Of a stretch of DNA of 64,000 nt, positions 13,346 through 28,370 are shown piece by piece. The position numbers and the translations under genes were made by a program. The notes beneath the pieces were generated by a model. It saw only the letters and a list, made by a program, of their open reading frames with translations, searched no databases and was not told the origin of the DNA. The stretch is from the NCBI GenBank assembly GCA_951406725.2, contig OX597818.1, positions 97,216,001 through 97,280,000 of the forward strand. The letters run 5' to 3'. Position 1 is the stretch's first letter, and each line of letters starts with the position of its first letter. The stretch comes from Octopus vulgaris. Lineage: Eukaryota.

Positions 13346-13596
13346 TCTATTGTGTCTGGGGAGAGGCATTTTCTTTTTGTGACTTATTATGTAACACACT
13401 CACCGGTAAAATTTCCACTTTTTTCTTATTTTTATTTTTCTAAAATTTTCGTTGCGTCATGTAACGTTTTCAATAGTTTTGAGAGTCAAAACTATTGAAA
13501 ACGTTACAAGACGCAACGAAAATGTGGAAATTTTACCGGTGAGTGTGTTGCATAATAAGTCACAAAAAGAAAATGACTCTCCCCAGACACAATAGA
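13346..13596. repeat. Long palindrome/foldback (~110-bp arms, 3-nt loop at 13483-13485)
   Basis: tctattgtgtctggggagag...caatagttttga GAG tcaaaactattg...ctctccccagacacaataga; the left arm carries a ~25-nt extra T-rich segment. Confidence 0.92.
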
Positions 13597-13844
13597 TTAT
13601 TTTGGTTTGATTATCTTCAAATCTGGCGGACGGGTGAATAAAAAATTTTTTTTTTCTATTTACGTACGCATAAACGATAAACAAGGGAAATAACTCTTGA
13701 TGTAATTTTGTTGAAATATAAATTCATCTGAGAATATATTAAGTTTTTTTTTATCCTTGTGTGCGCGCTGGGTATGCGTCGCCCCTCCGATGCCTTTTTT
13801 TAAAATTATGTAATTTAATCAATATTTTCTTCCATTTTTTGCAG

Positions 13845-14300
13845 CTAAAATGGTCTTGAAAAGACGGAACAGCTCATATGGCAGCTGACAGAAAACACAA
13901 AACAGACAAATTATCATATTAAGAAATGAAAGCGATATTTTTGTTCCATTTGTTATCATTTCTCTTTGCTTTGTATTCCCTTAATCCAGAAAGCCGCTCT
14001 GTATTTCTTCAAATCATTGGAAATTTGCATATTTGGAATTGTTGTTGTATGACTCATAATCTTTCTTCTGGAAAGGTATTTGTCTTCATTAAATTCTTAA
14101 ATTATGAAAAGACCGATTGCAATGCTCTGTTTTTCCGTATGTAACTCATACAAAGCAACTTTAAACCAAATAATTGTGTAATTGGCTTTAATATAATCAT
14201 TTGTTTTTGTTTATTGTAATCATGATCCCACCATGTTATTCTGTCATCGTTATTTTCGATGGATCGCCTCTTGGTAAATAAAGTGTTAATTGTAAAATCA
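13845..14300 (+). other. Putative non-coding 3'-UTR exon of the tetraspanin
   Basis: Strong acceptor ttttcttccattttttgcag ending at 13844; non-repetitive AT-rich sequence; AATAAA at 14277-14282. Confidence 0.5.
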
Positions 14301-14949
14301 TGTCAAGATGTATGTAAGAGACTGACTTCTTATTCGTATATAGCTTTAATTCCAAAGAGGAAAAAAAACTTATGAATAATATTCAAATATATTTGATATA
14401 CCGTATTTTCTGTCGTACAAGTTGACGTGGTGTAGCACACACATGTAGTGCAAACACTGAAACATCGTCACTATCTTTTCAAATCCTGATATACTTCACA
14501 TGGAATTTTTTTTGTCCTCCAAGGTTGACTTGGTATATAAGTCAATCAACTTACTTTTAGCTGTAAATTTTGCTCCGAAAAATACGAGTTGTATGCAGGA
14601 AAACACGGTATTTAAATTACCATTTCTCGTGATGTCTTACTGAATCAGCCACAACTTTATTTTACCCAACTCAGCCTAACTACAGTCCAAAAGCAGCAAG
14701 GCATTACAACCAACAATTTAATACAAACGAATTAAGAAAAGAAAGCAAAAAATAATGCTTATAATAGTGATTTCAAACTTAGGCATAAACAATGTATTTT
14801 GAAAGGGAAGTATAACAGATTGAATCAACTCCAATATACCTGACTAGCGTATATTTTTATAGCCTTGCAGGAAGAAAGGCGTTGGGCCTGGCAAGATTTG
14901 AACGCAAAAATATTGAGGAACATAACTAAATGCTTTCTACGATAGGCCC

Positions 14950-15600
14950 AGGGCCAGTTGGCTCGGTCTGAAGAATCTATCTTGCAAGTCTTTCCTACCT
15001 CATTCTAATCACATGTCCATAGCACTGGAGCAGTGACCTCCCAATGAAGAGAAGTAGTGGCTCAACTTGGAGACTCACTGATCTCTGAGCTACTACACCC
15101 TGTCGAGCGAGTACCATTACTCCAGAAGTTTCGAGAAACCCTATTTCGGCCGCTTGTACTCACAATCGTACTCTCTTGGACATTATCCAATATTCATGAC
15201 CACAGATGAGGAGCGGCATGTAAAGATAGCGAGTTTGGCTTTTTTACGAACCTCTCATCTCCTGAAGAGCGGATGCTAGAGTTGGCGCATTACTATACCA
15301 GCCAACTGGTTATCGGTACAGCGCTGCACCCTATGTATTGCTAGCTAGGGAAGAGAACCCATACTATCCTCTAGCAGGCAACAGGATCACTAGACTGACT
15401 CGGTTTCGGGCTGGTTGGTTCATTCTCAGTCGCGAGCACCTGGCCGCTGGAGTGATAGCCAGTATCCACTCCAGCCAGCTATATATTGTAAACAAAACGA
15501 CCATCGGTCACGGATTTGCAACGAAGAGCAGCCACTTTGATGTGGCGATTAACTTTGCTTGCTAGTATAGTTACTACTCTGATCACTTCTTGAGATTTTA
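14950..15600 (-). mobile_element. RTE-clade LINE fragment
   Basis: Minus strand reads YMPLLICGHEYWIMSKRVRL*VQAAEIGFL, an RTE/Expander post-RT motif. Confidence 0.65.
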
Positions 15601-15624
15601 CAACTAGCTATTTTGCTTGTTATT

Positions 15625-16098
15625 CAGTAATCACTCACCATATCACGGTTCACCTATCGCGCCCTCAGTACATCGCGGATTTTTCTGGCTAATATATGTA
15701 GATATATATCGCAGTCTCCCTAGTATATTGTGGGTTGCTGCGACCGATAAGTATTTATATTTTTTTAGATTTTAATTATTTCTGTGGTAAAATAAGCATT
15801 TCCACGCCTAAAAATTAATAAAGTAATAAATAAAAATACAGTACAGTACTGCACTATATAACGCATTAATTAAAGTACATTAACAGAAAATACGTACTGT
15901 ACTGTAGATGAGTAAACAAAGAATCGCACATACTGTATGAAAAACGAAACTCGGGAGGCGAGAGTGTGGTGTTACTATGCATTTATAATAAAATATATAT
16001 ATATACAAATTTAAAAAATAATGAAAACTATACAATAATAAAAACTTCGAAAATTCCCACATATCGCGGGGGCTTTTGGAATGTGACGCCCGCGATAG
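15625..16098. mobile_element. Tc1/mariner (Tigger/pogo-like) MITE, inverted copy of 25428-25910
   Basis: Starts cagtaatcactcaccatatc; reverse complement of the 25.4-kb copy. Confidence 0.8.
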
Positions 16099-16209
16099 AT
16101 GTAATCAAAATAAGCAACAGGATATCAAGTAGTAATGCAGTAGGACCGTTTCAAGCGACTCCATTTAATTGAACAATGCAATCATTACAGCAACATCAAT
16201 TTAAATGTA

Positions 16210-17183
<974 letters not shown>

Positions 17184-17256
17184 TTATTTTTTATACATCC
17201 AACAACGTGCATTCACACACCAACTCCCTCACCTATATATATATGTGTATACACAC

Positions 17257-17350
<94 letters not shown>

Positions 17351-19894
17351 GACGGAGCTTCTTTCAGTTTCCGTCTAGTAAATCCACTCACAAGGCTTTG
17401 GTCGGCCCGAGGCTATAGTAGAAGATACTTGCCCAGGAAGCATGTGGTTGGTAAGCAAGCTTCTACCCCCAACACGCATCGGTCAATGTTCATAAGTCAA
17501 AAAAAACCCCCAAATACTCTGAAAATTCTAGCGGGGCAGTGACATTTAATCGTGAGGAATGGCCTGTGTGTGTGAGAGCGTGTGTGTGTGGGAGTGTGTG
17601 TGTGAGTGTGTCTGTGTGAGCGTGTGTGTGATTGTATGTGTGAGCGCGTGTGTGTGTGATTGTGTGTGTGTTTGTGTGTGATCGTGTGTGTGTGTGTGTA
17701 TGTGTCCGTCCGTGTCCTCCCGTTTGTTCTCCACCACCGCTTGACAACCAGTGTTCGTGTGTCTACATCCCAGTAACCTAATTGCTCGGCAAATAACTCC
17801 CGAAAGAGTACGTACTTGGCTTTAAAAATAAGTACTGGCGTCGATTTGTTCGACTTAACCCTTCAAAACGGTGCCCCAGCATGGCCGCAGCCCGTTCTCT
17901 AGCACAGAAAAAGACAAAAGATAAACGATAAACAGCACCCTTCTCTCTCTTAAATAGTTTTTGCAAGAGCTTCTGCTTCCATGAGCATTGTACCTCTCTC
18001 TATCTCTTCTTAATAAACGCACAAGATATATCCACGTTTTCATCCCGTCACTCCGACCGTGACTCAATCTCAGAACATGTATTAAACACATTTTTAGATA
18101 TTTTTCTTAATCCATTCTTAATTCTCTTGGAGCAAATTCCTTGTCGAACTTCCTACCTGCTTAAGCCCCAGTCTCCTCCTCCTCCTCCTCCTCCTCCTCC
18201 CACCATTGTTGTCATCGTCGCCGCCATTTATCACCGTCGTCGTCGTCGTCGTCGTTGTTATCATTATCATCTATGGACAACAAATTGTATATGCATCAGG
18301 TAAGATGCTGCATATATCCATTTCCAGCATCAGTGTTCTAAGTTGGAAATGTTAGACAAGTGGTCCGTGGGCCGAATAAGGCCCAAAGCAATATCCTATT
18401 TCACACGAAACAGAATTCCTATACTGCTTCTTAAATAACGACCTGTTGTTGATATCAAAAGGTGTTTGAATAAAAGTTGAACTTGATGTGATCCATAAAG
18501 CAGTCGATAGATGTAACAAATTAACAATTCACAATGCAAAATTATAAACATCAGTTTTTGAAATAGAAAGAAATATGTATGGCATTATGAAATACAATGA
18601 AAATTTAGTAATACGTAACAAGTAAAAATGTGAAGGTTAATAAAAAGAAAAATAGCAAAAGTGTAAAACTGTCTATTTACTGAATGAGAAAGAAACATTC
18701 AGCACAAAAATATTCTTATCAAAGCAGAATATAATTTTAAAATAAGTCATTGGAGACAAAAAAAAAAAAAAAGAAAAAGAAAAGTAGACATGGATAAAAC
18801 CGTAAACCCATAGAGTCAAATTTTTATTCAGAATCATTACGATTTCGGCGCTTGGAAAGAGTAGCTTTCAATCATTTAGAAAGCGTCAAAGTTCATATCA
18901 AAACAAAACGAAAACAAGTCTTTAAAAATATCATACACGAAACTAAAAATATACGAGATTTTAGAAATATTATACGAGATTTTAGAAATATCATACAAGA
19001 CTTTAAAAATATCATACAAATGAAAGCAAACAAGACAAAAGACTAGTTCAAAAATATGAACCGACAACTACTAAGTATAAGCAAAGCTGTAAAATAAAAT
19101 ATTACATGAAAAATACGGAAAGATTATCTTGGACAAAGATTTTTAATAAAGTCTGTGAATGTTATATGAGTGTGTGTCAGTTTGTAAATGCATGTCCATC
19201 TGATGAGAGTGAGTATGTGTGAGAAAACTCGCGGTTCAGGACAGTACCAGCCAGCACCGCCACAGGCTCTTGTACAATGCATGAAAATGCTTGTATTTAT
19301 ACTATGTATTTTATTCAAAAAGGATATAGCGTCCCCACTTTAAAGTGTTCCAAAATTAAGAACGCCCTATTAGTGTCTAAAAAGATATTAAAACAATTTT
19401 GAAAGGCAGAGAAAAGTGGCTGATCTGGAGATTATTGTTACATCTGTTTTTGTGACATCTAAAAGTAAAGCTTGGTTTTAAATGTTCCTTTAAAATGGTT
19501 ATGAGATGTCCTTAACTAAATAGCTTGTTTGAGCCATTTTCTCGTAACATAATTGAGCAATGAAATGTAACTTAGCCGACACATGCAATCGAATATGACT
19601 TGGTAATTTGTCCCACACTTTCACTAATTGTTTTAGGTACTTATGTACCAGCAGACAGACATCTCAGCTCTCTCAACCTTAGCTTAAAGAAAAGTCGAGG
19701 ACCTGACAAGAAAAAGAGAGTGAGAGAGCTGTACCAGTATATGGCTGATACTCATTTTCAGCTGAGTAGAGTGCAGCAGCATGAAATAAATTCCTTGCTC
19801 AAGAACATAAGGCGTAGCTCGGTCTAGGAATCGAAATCACTTAACTATTCTGCTACAAATATATTGTTTCATGAAAGTCCAATTTTGAGAATCC

Positions 19895-20105
19895 AGTCCA
19901 CTGTGCCTTGCAGGATTGTCTTCGCTAGGCCGGAGATTCTTGTCATATGACCATATCACTTCAGTTTCCTTGTCTTTACAATCGTCAGCAGATCTTTTTT
20001 GTGGTCCAATAGCCTAGATTAATCTCATTCTCACTTCGTTATCTGTCACATTCATTGCACCAGATACCTAGAAGCCGTCTGATGCGTCTCATCTTCATTG
20101 CGCTT
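19895..20105 (-). mobile_element. RTE (BovB-like) LINE fragment
   Basis: Minus strand reads MRRIRRLLGI...IGPQKDLLTIVKTRKLK.YGHMTRISGLAKTILQGTV. Confidence 0.7.
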
Positions 20106-21182
20106 ACCTTTTATAATACCTGAAGGATATTATAGATTTGTAGTGTTTTTCGCATTCAGAAAAAAAAAACTTTCTTAAGTATGATAGCTAAGTGTTGAGA
20201 GATCACTATAACTGAACATCCAGTCAATGACTTTAGAGCCAGCAGTCACTCTTGAGCGAGTATGGCTTGCTTACATGTATCGTTGTTTTGCTAATTGTTT
20301 CAGTCGCCAAAGTGGTCGCAAGTAGATATAGGTACCCCCTCGACTCACCCACCCTTCGAAGCAGTAAGACCATCCATGATTGTTGTTATTATTAAGCAAC
20401 AAGACGGGTAAGCGTGATTAGGTGATGATCCAAGGCTTAGGGGCAGGAGACCCTAGACCTTGGAAAAAAAAACTTTGGTCGTCTTGTTGTAGTCGAGGGC
20501 TCTTCGTTGACGCCCGACACCACTGGGAGGTAGCCCTTGAAGTCGCTGGAAATGGAGATCTCCAGGTCCAAATTCTTGAACGGCAGACCATCCAGGATGT
20601 GACTGCTGGAGGAGCAGAGAGCTGCACCATTATTCGGCTGGTATTCATTTTCATCTGCGTAGACTGGAGCAACGTGAAAAAAAAAGTACCTTGCTAAAGA
20701 AATTCAATCTCATATTTTAGAAGCTAAATAGCATAAAATGGCATAGACGTGATGCTGAAAGCTTCGAGATTTGTGAAAATCTAACAGTAAGCATAGAAAA
20801 CCTTAAGGCTACGACTTTATAAGCCAGACTCTACCGGAATACTGCTGGAGAAATCTAAAACGCTGGCTATAAAAACAATTAGGAAATGGTTCACCTTAGG
20901 GTTACAGGTTGCCCAGTTTCAAACGAAACGAAATATTCGTACAGAAATGAAATGAGCTAATGTGTCCCTATGGAAAAATACAAGATTGGAAGCCTAAAAT
21001 TCAGTGGTAAATGGAATTGTCACTTCTCATGAACAGTGTCAAACCAAGAGAATACACACACACACACAAATACACACACATACATACACACACGTACGCA
21101 AATATATGTATATATATATATGTATATATATATATATACATGCACATATGCACATACAGACATACATAGATACACACATATG

Positions 21183-21216
<34 letters not shown>

Positions 21217-21731
21217 TGTATGTATGTATGTATGTATGTATGTATGTATGTATGTATGTATGCATGCATGTATGTATGTATGTATGTGTGTGTGTGTATG
21301 TATGTATGTATGTATGTATGTATGTATGTATGTATGTATGTATGTATGTATGTATGTGTGAAAATTGCAACCAAGGTATTTACGTAAGATAATGAACAAG
21401 GTAAGTCGTTTGACATCAAACGTTTTTCTGTTAAATGCAAGACTTCCATCAGCTTGGTGCGAGATTTGTTCTATTTTTGCAACTGTCATCTTGTCACGTA
21501 CTCGTAGAAGATGTGCAATAACTGAATTGAGTATATAGACCCGATGCTGCCTGCGAACCCTTTGCTCTCCAAATGAATCTTGGAAAAACTGTTTGTCTGT
21601 TTCCACCAACTCCAGGCAAGTAGTTATTATGAGCTGGAGATTTTTATTGATAGCTACCAAGTTCATGTAACTGTCACCGCTCTATAAATGATTAAATATT
21701 TTTTGTGTGTAAGGAAAGATAACTGATGGGT

Positions 21732-21959
21732 TTAACTCTTTAGTGTTTAAACCAGCCATGTCAGGCAAAAATTGTCTTCTTGTTTTATGCTCAAACCAGC
21801 CAGCTCTGACCTTTCACACCTACCCTACAAAGTCATTCTAAAAATAAACAGGGACATCATCAAAATCTCAGAGTTAGAAGATGCTGTACAATTAATTTAA
21901 AACAATGTAATTAAACAGGCTTTACATTTGACAGAGTAATCTGAATGCTAAAGGGTTAA
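21732..21959. mobile_element. piggyBac-like MITE (TTAA ends)
   Basis: ttaactctttag...ctaaagggttaa; inverted second copy at 37516-37743. Confidence 0.7.
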
Positions 21960-24759
21960 GGCTTTCGAAGGCAAAGTTTAGTCATAAAGTCACATTAAAC
22001 GATCAACTAAGAGCACTACTACAGTGCTACATAAATAATATACAGGAAACGCCTGAAACTCCTGGTACACTTTCACCAGCGTTGCATCCGGGTTGTTTTG
22101 TGCATTCAGTGGTTCCCATACATTCATATCATTGAAACGTTGAAGAAAGCTGGTTTAGCCAGTGTAGAAATCATATATACACTGTCACAGATTAAGTATG
22201 AACCGGACATCTAGTGAGAGAAAAAGTAAAACGCACTGTCAAGCAACTGCTTTACGAACAAAAACCTAAGGATTGTCATTGTGCTTCATGTACTGCATTA
22301 AATCAATACATGCGAAGACGAGACGAGCTTTCAGAAAGAGGGAAGTAATAGAGACAACATGTACTCTATTATAACTGTTTCATGCTGAGCGTTTGTTTTT
22401 CACAAGCCGGTCTTTTAAATCATAAGAAAGATCACGCTGGGTCACTAAGTGCAGGGTTTTATTATGATCAAGGTTCATAAGTTAAGTCTTTTGTATGACT
22501 GGAATGTAGAAACGTATGCAATAGTAACTCAGGTCTCTCCTGCCATTCTAAAATTCACAAGGACGGTACAGATCCTACATTATCCACAGGCTTATGTGCA
22601 TATATAAGTCACACATATAGACTCTCAACAACTCTTTTTCTTTGCATGCGCCTCTGTTCTCACTTTTCAGCGGTAGACTTTTAACAAAGGACACTATTTC
22701 CAGCTAAGTTCGTCGCTTTTGCTTACTCATTTTTTACTGTTCGTTCCTTTTGTTGCACCACACAGCGTTCATACACACATACATGGATGCTTGGATCCAG
22801 TTACACACACGCACCTCAATATTCTTTTCTGCTCTAGGCACAAGGCCCGAAATTTTTAGGGAGGGGGTGCCAGTCGATTAGATCGACCCCAGTACGCAGT
22901 ACTTAATTCATTGACCCCGAAAGGATGAAAGGCAAAGTCGACCTCGGCGGAAACGTGCATCTCAATATTGTACCTCAACTGCCTTGTTTTCATCGCGTCT
23001 GTGCCTGCTCAGCTCTTTTCAAGACTCAATGCACGTTGGATGTCTCATGCTCTCTACGCCCTTGTTCTAGACACAACTCGCCTCTGTAAGACTTCAGGTT
23101 AGTCACGTATACATGGAAAGAGTTGTCTGTCTCTCGCAACACGCCCGTATGCCACACTGTTGTTCTTGGTAATCTCAGCAAATGCCCACGACAACAGAGC
23201 CAGACAGATTTCGCTTCTGTTCTATTCGAAAGGCATTTCACACAGAATGCAATCCTGCAAGAAAATTTTTGATGATATCATGGATTGAAAGTGCACACAC
23301 TTACTCGCCTTAGCTTATTCCACAGCTGCAGGACTTTCTCTCGCATTCATGTATACACCCTTGCACGCACATTCACTCACTACCCCAGTCACGCAACGAC
23401 TGGAACATTCAGCACTCATGCGCATGCTCACTCAGCTGCCTCAGTCTTGCAACGACTGCACACTACGCACGCAAAGCGACAAAACTATTCGAACCCGCTC
23501 GAATAGATACCTGTGTCGTATGCACAATTTTTGTCAGCCTTGCATCACATTCACTTACAACAAAATACCTTTTTCGAGATCGTTCGTTTCTTCTTCTTGT
23601 AAACTCTCTAGCGGGGAAGTAGTGCGGGACCACGCTTGGCCCTGCCTGAGATTCGAAACTGTAAATTCTCCCTAACCATACGACCTATTGTTCTGTCAGG
23701 GATAAATGCTGATATATGTATTTTCCACTTCACTCTTAACCTTTTCTATGCCATGAAAAGTTGAAATAGATGAGTGACGTACATTAATTTAATCGTTGTC
23801 AGAATCGTATATCCATCTTTCTAGCTAGTCTACATAGTTATAAATACCAGCATATTGGCTGAAAATTATCAAACTTTGAACACCTGTAATAGTTTAGCAA
23901 AAATTTTCTGGAATAATTGAATAACAAATCCGGATTCAGTGTCAAAAATTACATCTATATTATACATTAAAATTCTTTTTAAAGATTTTGACAGGCAATA
24001 CCGATAACCACAAAAATCCTTACAATAAATTAATAGATAAAAAGCTAATAGCTTTTAAATTTTGCAAAAATTGGGTTTCGGGGTCGATAAAATAAGTACC
24101 AGTTTAGCGTTGGGGCCGATTTAAGCATATTGTGGTAATCAAATTGCACAAAAAATATTGAGCTATTGAATTTCACAACCGAATCTTTTCTAACAGAAAA
24201 TTTCCGATATCAAGTGGTGAAGAGACAGAAGTTTGGCTTGACTACCACGTGGTATTTGTTATCACTTGTGCACTAAGAGTTCAAATCCCTTTAAGGTCAA
24301 CACTACATTTTATGATTTCGGGGTGGATAAAAAGTAACAATACAGGGCAGCAGAACTATTAGGGTGGTCGGACAAGATGCTTAGCAGTATCAGATACGGT
24401 TCGTCGCTTTTCGACAGCAACGCTTGCGACAACACTAGTATCAAGCTGTGGAGGCGCAAGCCGGCAGCTTTTTCCTTGTATAAGCTCTGGTGATGTAGAG
24501 AGGGGAGTATATGTATGAGCAACTGTCAGTCTTCCTTAAGCGTTTCGTTACTAAACACCAACTTGATAATGGCAAAGTTATTTTTCTAAATTCTTTATTA
24601 TTTTCAAAATTAACTGTAGTGACATTTCAATAAAAATATGGTAACAAAGAGCTAAAAAAAAATCGTGCTTAGGCCTGCGCATGAGAAAATTCATAGCCAA
24701 CCTTGACTTCTGGTAGCTTTTGAAATTTCTGGAAAAAAAGAAAAGGTTATATAATAGAT

Positions 24760-25257
24760 ATATATAAAACTGTAGTTGTGTGAGTGTCTGTCCCCTTCGA
24801 TTTAGATTCCTAACTACTCCCACATTTTGCGGTGCAGTTTAACCAAATTCGGGTATCTTATAGTCGTGATTCATATCGAGCCCGTCTGAGTATTAGCGCG
24901 CGTCTACGATGAGTCTACGATTTTAAAAATAATTTAACATCATTTTTTATTCCATTTTAATGCATAATTTTTCGTGTGTCGATGGCGGCGGAGTTGGCGT
25001 CCATGGTCACACCTGCACCTGTTTGCTTCACCCCCTTCTTCCCTCCCTCGTGAAGCTGTGGGGAAGGAAATCAACGTCGTAAAGCGTTGTCAAGGAGACC
25101 AGCGTTCTTTTAGAACAACGACTTCATGGCTTGAAGACACCAAAACAGAAATGGCTAAGAAAGCCCGAATTGGCATCTATAAGGGAAGTAACTCTCTAAA
25201 AATGCTTATATAGTTATTTCCCTTACAAACCCGAGCAACGCCGGGCGATACTGCTAG
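24760..25257 (+). mobile_element. Non-autonomous Helitron
   Basis: 3' end acaaacccgagcaacgccgggcgatactgCTAG|T is identical to that of 4996-5389; similar 5' tatataaaactgtagttgt. Confidence 0.8.
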
Positions 25258-25427
25258 TATAATAGATAAAAGAGGAAAATAGGAAATTAATCCCACACAA
25301 AATGTAAGAGTAACTAGGAATGAACTAAGAATGTAAGGTCACATTTTTTATTCTAAAACTGTTAAACAGTCTGCTAGAAGACTTTACCTCTTTCCTGCAC
25401 ATCATTAGCATACAGAAAATGTGTTTA

Positions 25428-25910
25428 CAGCGATCCCTCGACTATCGCGGGTGTTACGTTCCAAAACCACTCGCAATAGGTGAAGATCCGCGAAGTAGAA
25501 ACAGTACTGTATTGTATTTATTATTATTATTTTTAAAATTTGCATATATTTATTTTATTATAAATGCAAAAGAATTCCACAGACTCGCCTCCCAAGATTC
25601 ATTTTCCGTACAGTATGTGCGATTCTTTGTTTACTCATCTACGGTACGCTACGTATTTTCTTTTAATATATTTTAATTAATGCGTTATACAATGCAGTAC
25701 TGTACTGCATTTTTATTTATTAGTTTACTAATTTTTAGGCGTGAAAATGCTTATTTTACCACAGAAATAATTAAAATCTAAAAAAATATATCTATCGGCC
25801 GCAGAAACCCACGATATACTGAGGAGTCCGCGATATAAATTTACATATATTAGCCAGAAAAATGAACTGAGGGCGCGATAGGCGAACCGCGATATGGTGA
25901 GTGATTACTG
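25428..25910. mobile_element. Tigger/pogo-like MITE
   Basis: TA|cagcgatccctcgactatcgcg ... cgcgatatggtgagtgattactg|TA: imperfect TIRs with TA target duplication. Confidence 0.85.
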
Positions 25911-26454
25911 TACATTCTTCTTTAACCCACGGTGAGGTTTTGTGATATTTAAATTTATTAAGGTGGCAGGTTAGTAGAATCATCAGCACACTCGACAAAA
26001 TACTAAGCGGCATTTCTTCTGTCTCTTCGTTCTGAGTTTAAATGCCAACGAAGTCAACTTTGCTTTTCATCCTTTCGGGGTTGATAGATAAATACCTATT
26101 TCTTTATTACCCACAAGGGGCTAAACATAGAGGGGAGAAACAAGGACAGACATAGGTATTAAGTCGATTACATCGACCCCAGTGCGGAAATGGTACTTAT
26201 TTAATCGACCCCGAAAGGATGAAAGGCAAAGTTGACCTCGGCGGAATTTGAACCCAGAACGTAACGGTAGATGAAATACGGCTACGCATTTCGCCCGGCG
26301 CGCTAACGTTTCTGCCAGCTCGCCGCCTTGATAGATAAGTACCAGGTGAGCACTTGGGTCGATGCAGTCGACTTCCTCTCTTCTTAAAAATATTGCTAGC
26401 TTTGTGCCAAAGCCAGAAAGAATATTTAAATTTATTCCAGTTCTGATTTACGTT

Positions 26455-26502
<48 letters not shown>

Positions 26503-26762
26503 GTTTAACGTCCGCTTTCCATGCTAGCATGGGTTGGACGGTTCAACTGGGGTCTGGGAAGCCAGAAGGCTGCACCAGGCCCAGTCTGATCTGGCAATGT
26601 TTCTACAGCTGGATGCCCTTCCTAACGCCAACCACTCCGTGAGTGTAGTGGGTGCTTTTTACGTGCCACCAGCACAGGTGCCAGACGAGGCTGGCAACGG
26701 CCACGATCGGATGATGCGTTTTACGTGCCACCAGCACGAGGCCAGTCGGGGCGGCGCTGGCA
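26455..26762 (-). mobile_element. SINE/RTE-tail repeat family C with (GAT)n tail
   Basis: (cat)n cgtttaacgtccgctttccatgctagcatgggttggacgg...ggatgcccttcctaacgcc; copies at 54123-54400, 59330-59712 and 61565-61860. Confidence 0.8.
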
Positions 26763-27840
26763 AGTTGTGCATAAAATAAATATTGGTTTCAAATTTTGGC
26801 ACCAGGCCAGTAATTTCGGGGGAGGAGTAAGCTGAGTACATCGACCCCAGTGCTCTACTTATAGTTATTTTAGCGTCCTCGAAAGGGATGAAAGGCAAAG
26901 ACAACCTTAGCTGAATTTGAACTCAGAACATAAGGACAAATGAAATGCCACTAAGCATTTTGCCCGGCATATAAACGATTCTGTCAGTTCGTCGCCTTTG
27001 CATAAACTGGATCATTGACAGAATCATTTGACGCCGGGCAAAATGTTTAGCGGTCTTTCGTCAGCCGCTACGTTTTAGTTCAAATTCCGCCGAGGTCGAC
27101 TTTGCCTTTCATCCTTTCGGGGTCGATTAAATAAGTACCAGTTACGCACTGGAGTCGATATAATCGACTTAATCCGTTTGTCTATCCTTGTTTGTCCTCT
27201 CTGTTTAGCCCCTTATGGGTAGTAAAGAAATAGAAATAAGTATTTCGTCCGTTTTTATGTTCTAATTGAAACTGACGAGCAGTCAAAAACACAAATATAC
27301 AAATTAGGCAATCTACTAAAGCTCTAGCCTAATTCATATTGCTAAACCTGGTTATACAAGTGAAATCAAGGAAGAAGGAAAATATATTTGAATGTTAAGA
27401 TATTAAACATGGGATTGCAATTAGATTGGTAACTAAACAAAGTAGTTATACTGTCAGTACTAGCAAGGGTTATTAACACGGTTTCTGACGATTAAAGAGA
27501 TTAAAAACATGGCATAAAATTCTAAATTTGATTGAAAAAAAAAAAACTTATGACAATAATAACAATTTCCCACATTAGCACAAGAGTAAATATTTTTAGA
27601 GGAGGGTTATCGATTTTTTTCCAATCAGATTTAGAACAAAGTGCCACAGAAAATTATTTTGTTAGGAACTACCAGAATACTACGACTGTCTAGGAATCTA
27701 GATTAACCACTGAATAAAATCTACAGATGTGGCTTCAGTTAGGTTCGAGTCCCACAGGCAGCCATCAACTTTTTCTATACAAAATTTAGAAATATTTACA
27801 TGCTATTATTTATAGCTTTATGTGCTTCGAGATCCACTAT

Positions 27841-27906
<66 letters not shown>

Positions 27907-28194
27907 TTGTTTTAGTCATTAGTTTGTGGCCATGCTGGAGCACCACCTAGAAGGAATTTTAGTCGAACAAATCAGCTCCTGTACTTATTTTCTTTTTAAG
28001 CCTGGTACTTATTTTATGTCTCGTTTACTGAACCGCTAAGTTCATAAACGCACCAACACCGATTGGCAAGTACTGTGGGACGGAAACACATACACACACA
28101 CACGATGGTCTTTCAGTTTCCGTCTATGTCTATCAGATGCATTTACAAAGCTTTGGTCGGCCCGAATTTATAGTAGAAATAATCCAGAATCCTT

Positions 28195-28370
28195 ACCTGG
28201 TACAGAATTGATCCCAAAATCTAATCAGTTCGTGCCAGTCACGAAGCCAAATATCCCTGAAAGTTTCATCCAAATTCATCCAACAGTTCTTGAGATATCT
28301 TGTCCACGGACAAACAAGCAAACAAACACGACTGAAAACAATACCTCCGCCTTCGTTAAGGCGGAGGTAA
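28195..28370 (+). mobile_element. Helentron-associated (HINE/DINE-like) element end
   Basis: aagtttcatccaaa...gagatatcttg...acaaacaa microsatellite, then terminal hairpin tacctccgcc-ttcgttaa-ggcggaggta. Confidence 0.6.

Noticed and set aside
18852-19046. Heptad-like ORF (IRDFRNI repeats)
   Set aside because: Product of a 21-bp AT-rich minisatellite; no splice or homology support.
21361-21406. AAG|GTAAGT as possible first-exon donor of the deacetylase
   Set aside because: A consensus donor alone is insufficient; no promoter or exon evidence.
21001-21666. 221-aa and overlapping YVCM/HTYI ORFs (also at 8.8, 16.2, 29.7, 33.3, 47 and 50 kb)
   Set aside because: Stop-free microsatellite translations.
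22000-23700. Less AT-rich stretch with short ORFs
   Set aside because: No recognisable protein motif or TE boundary; left unannotated.
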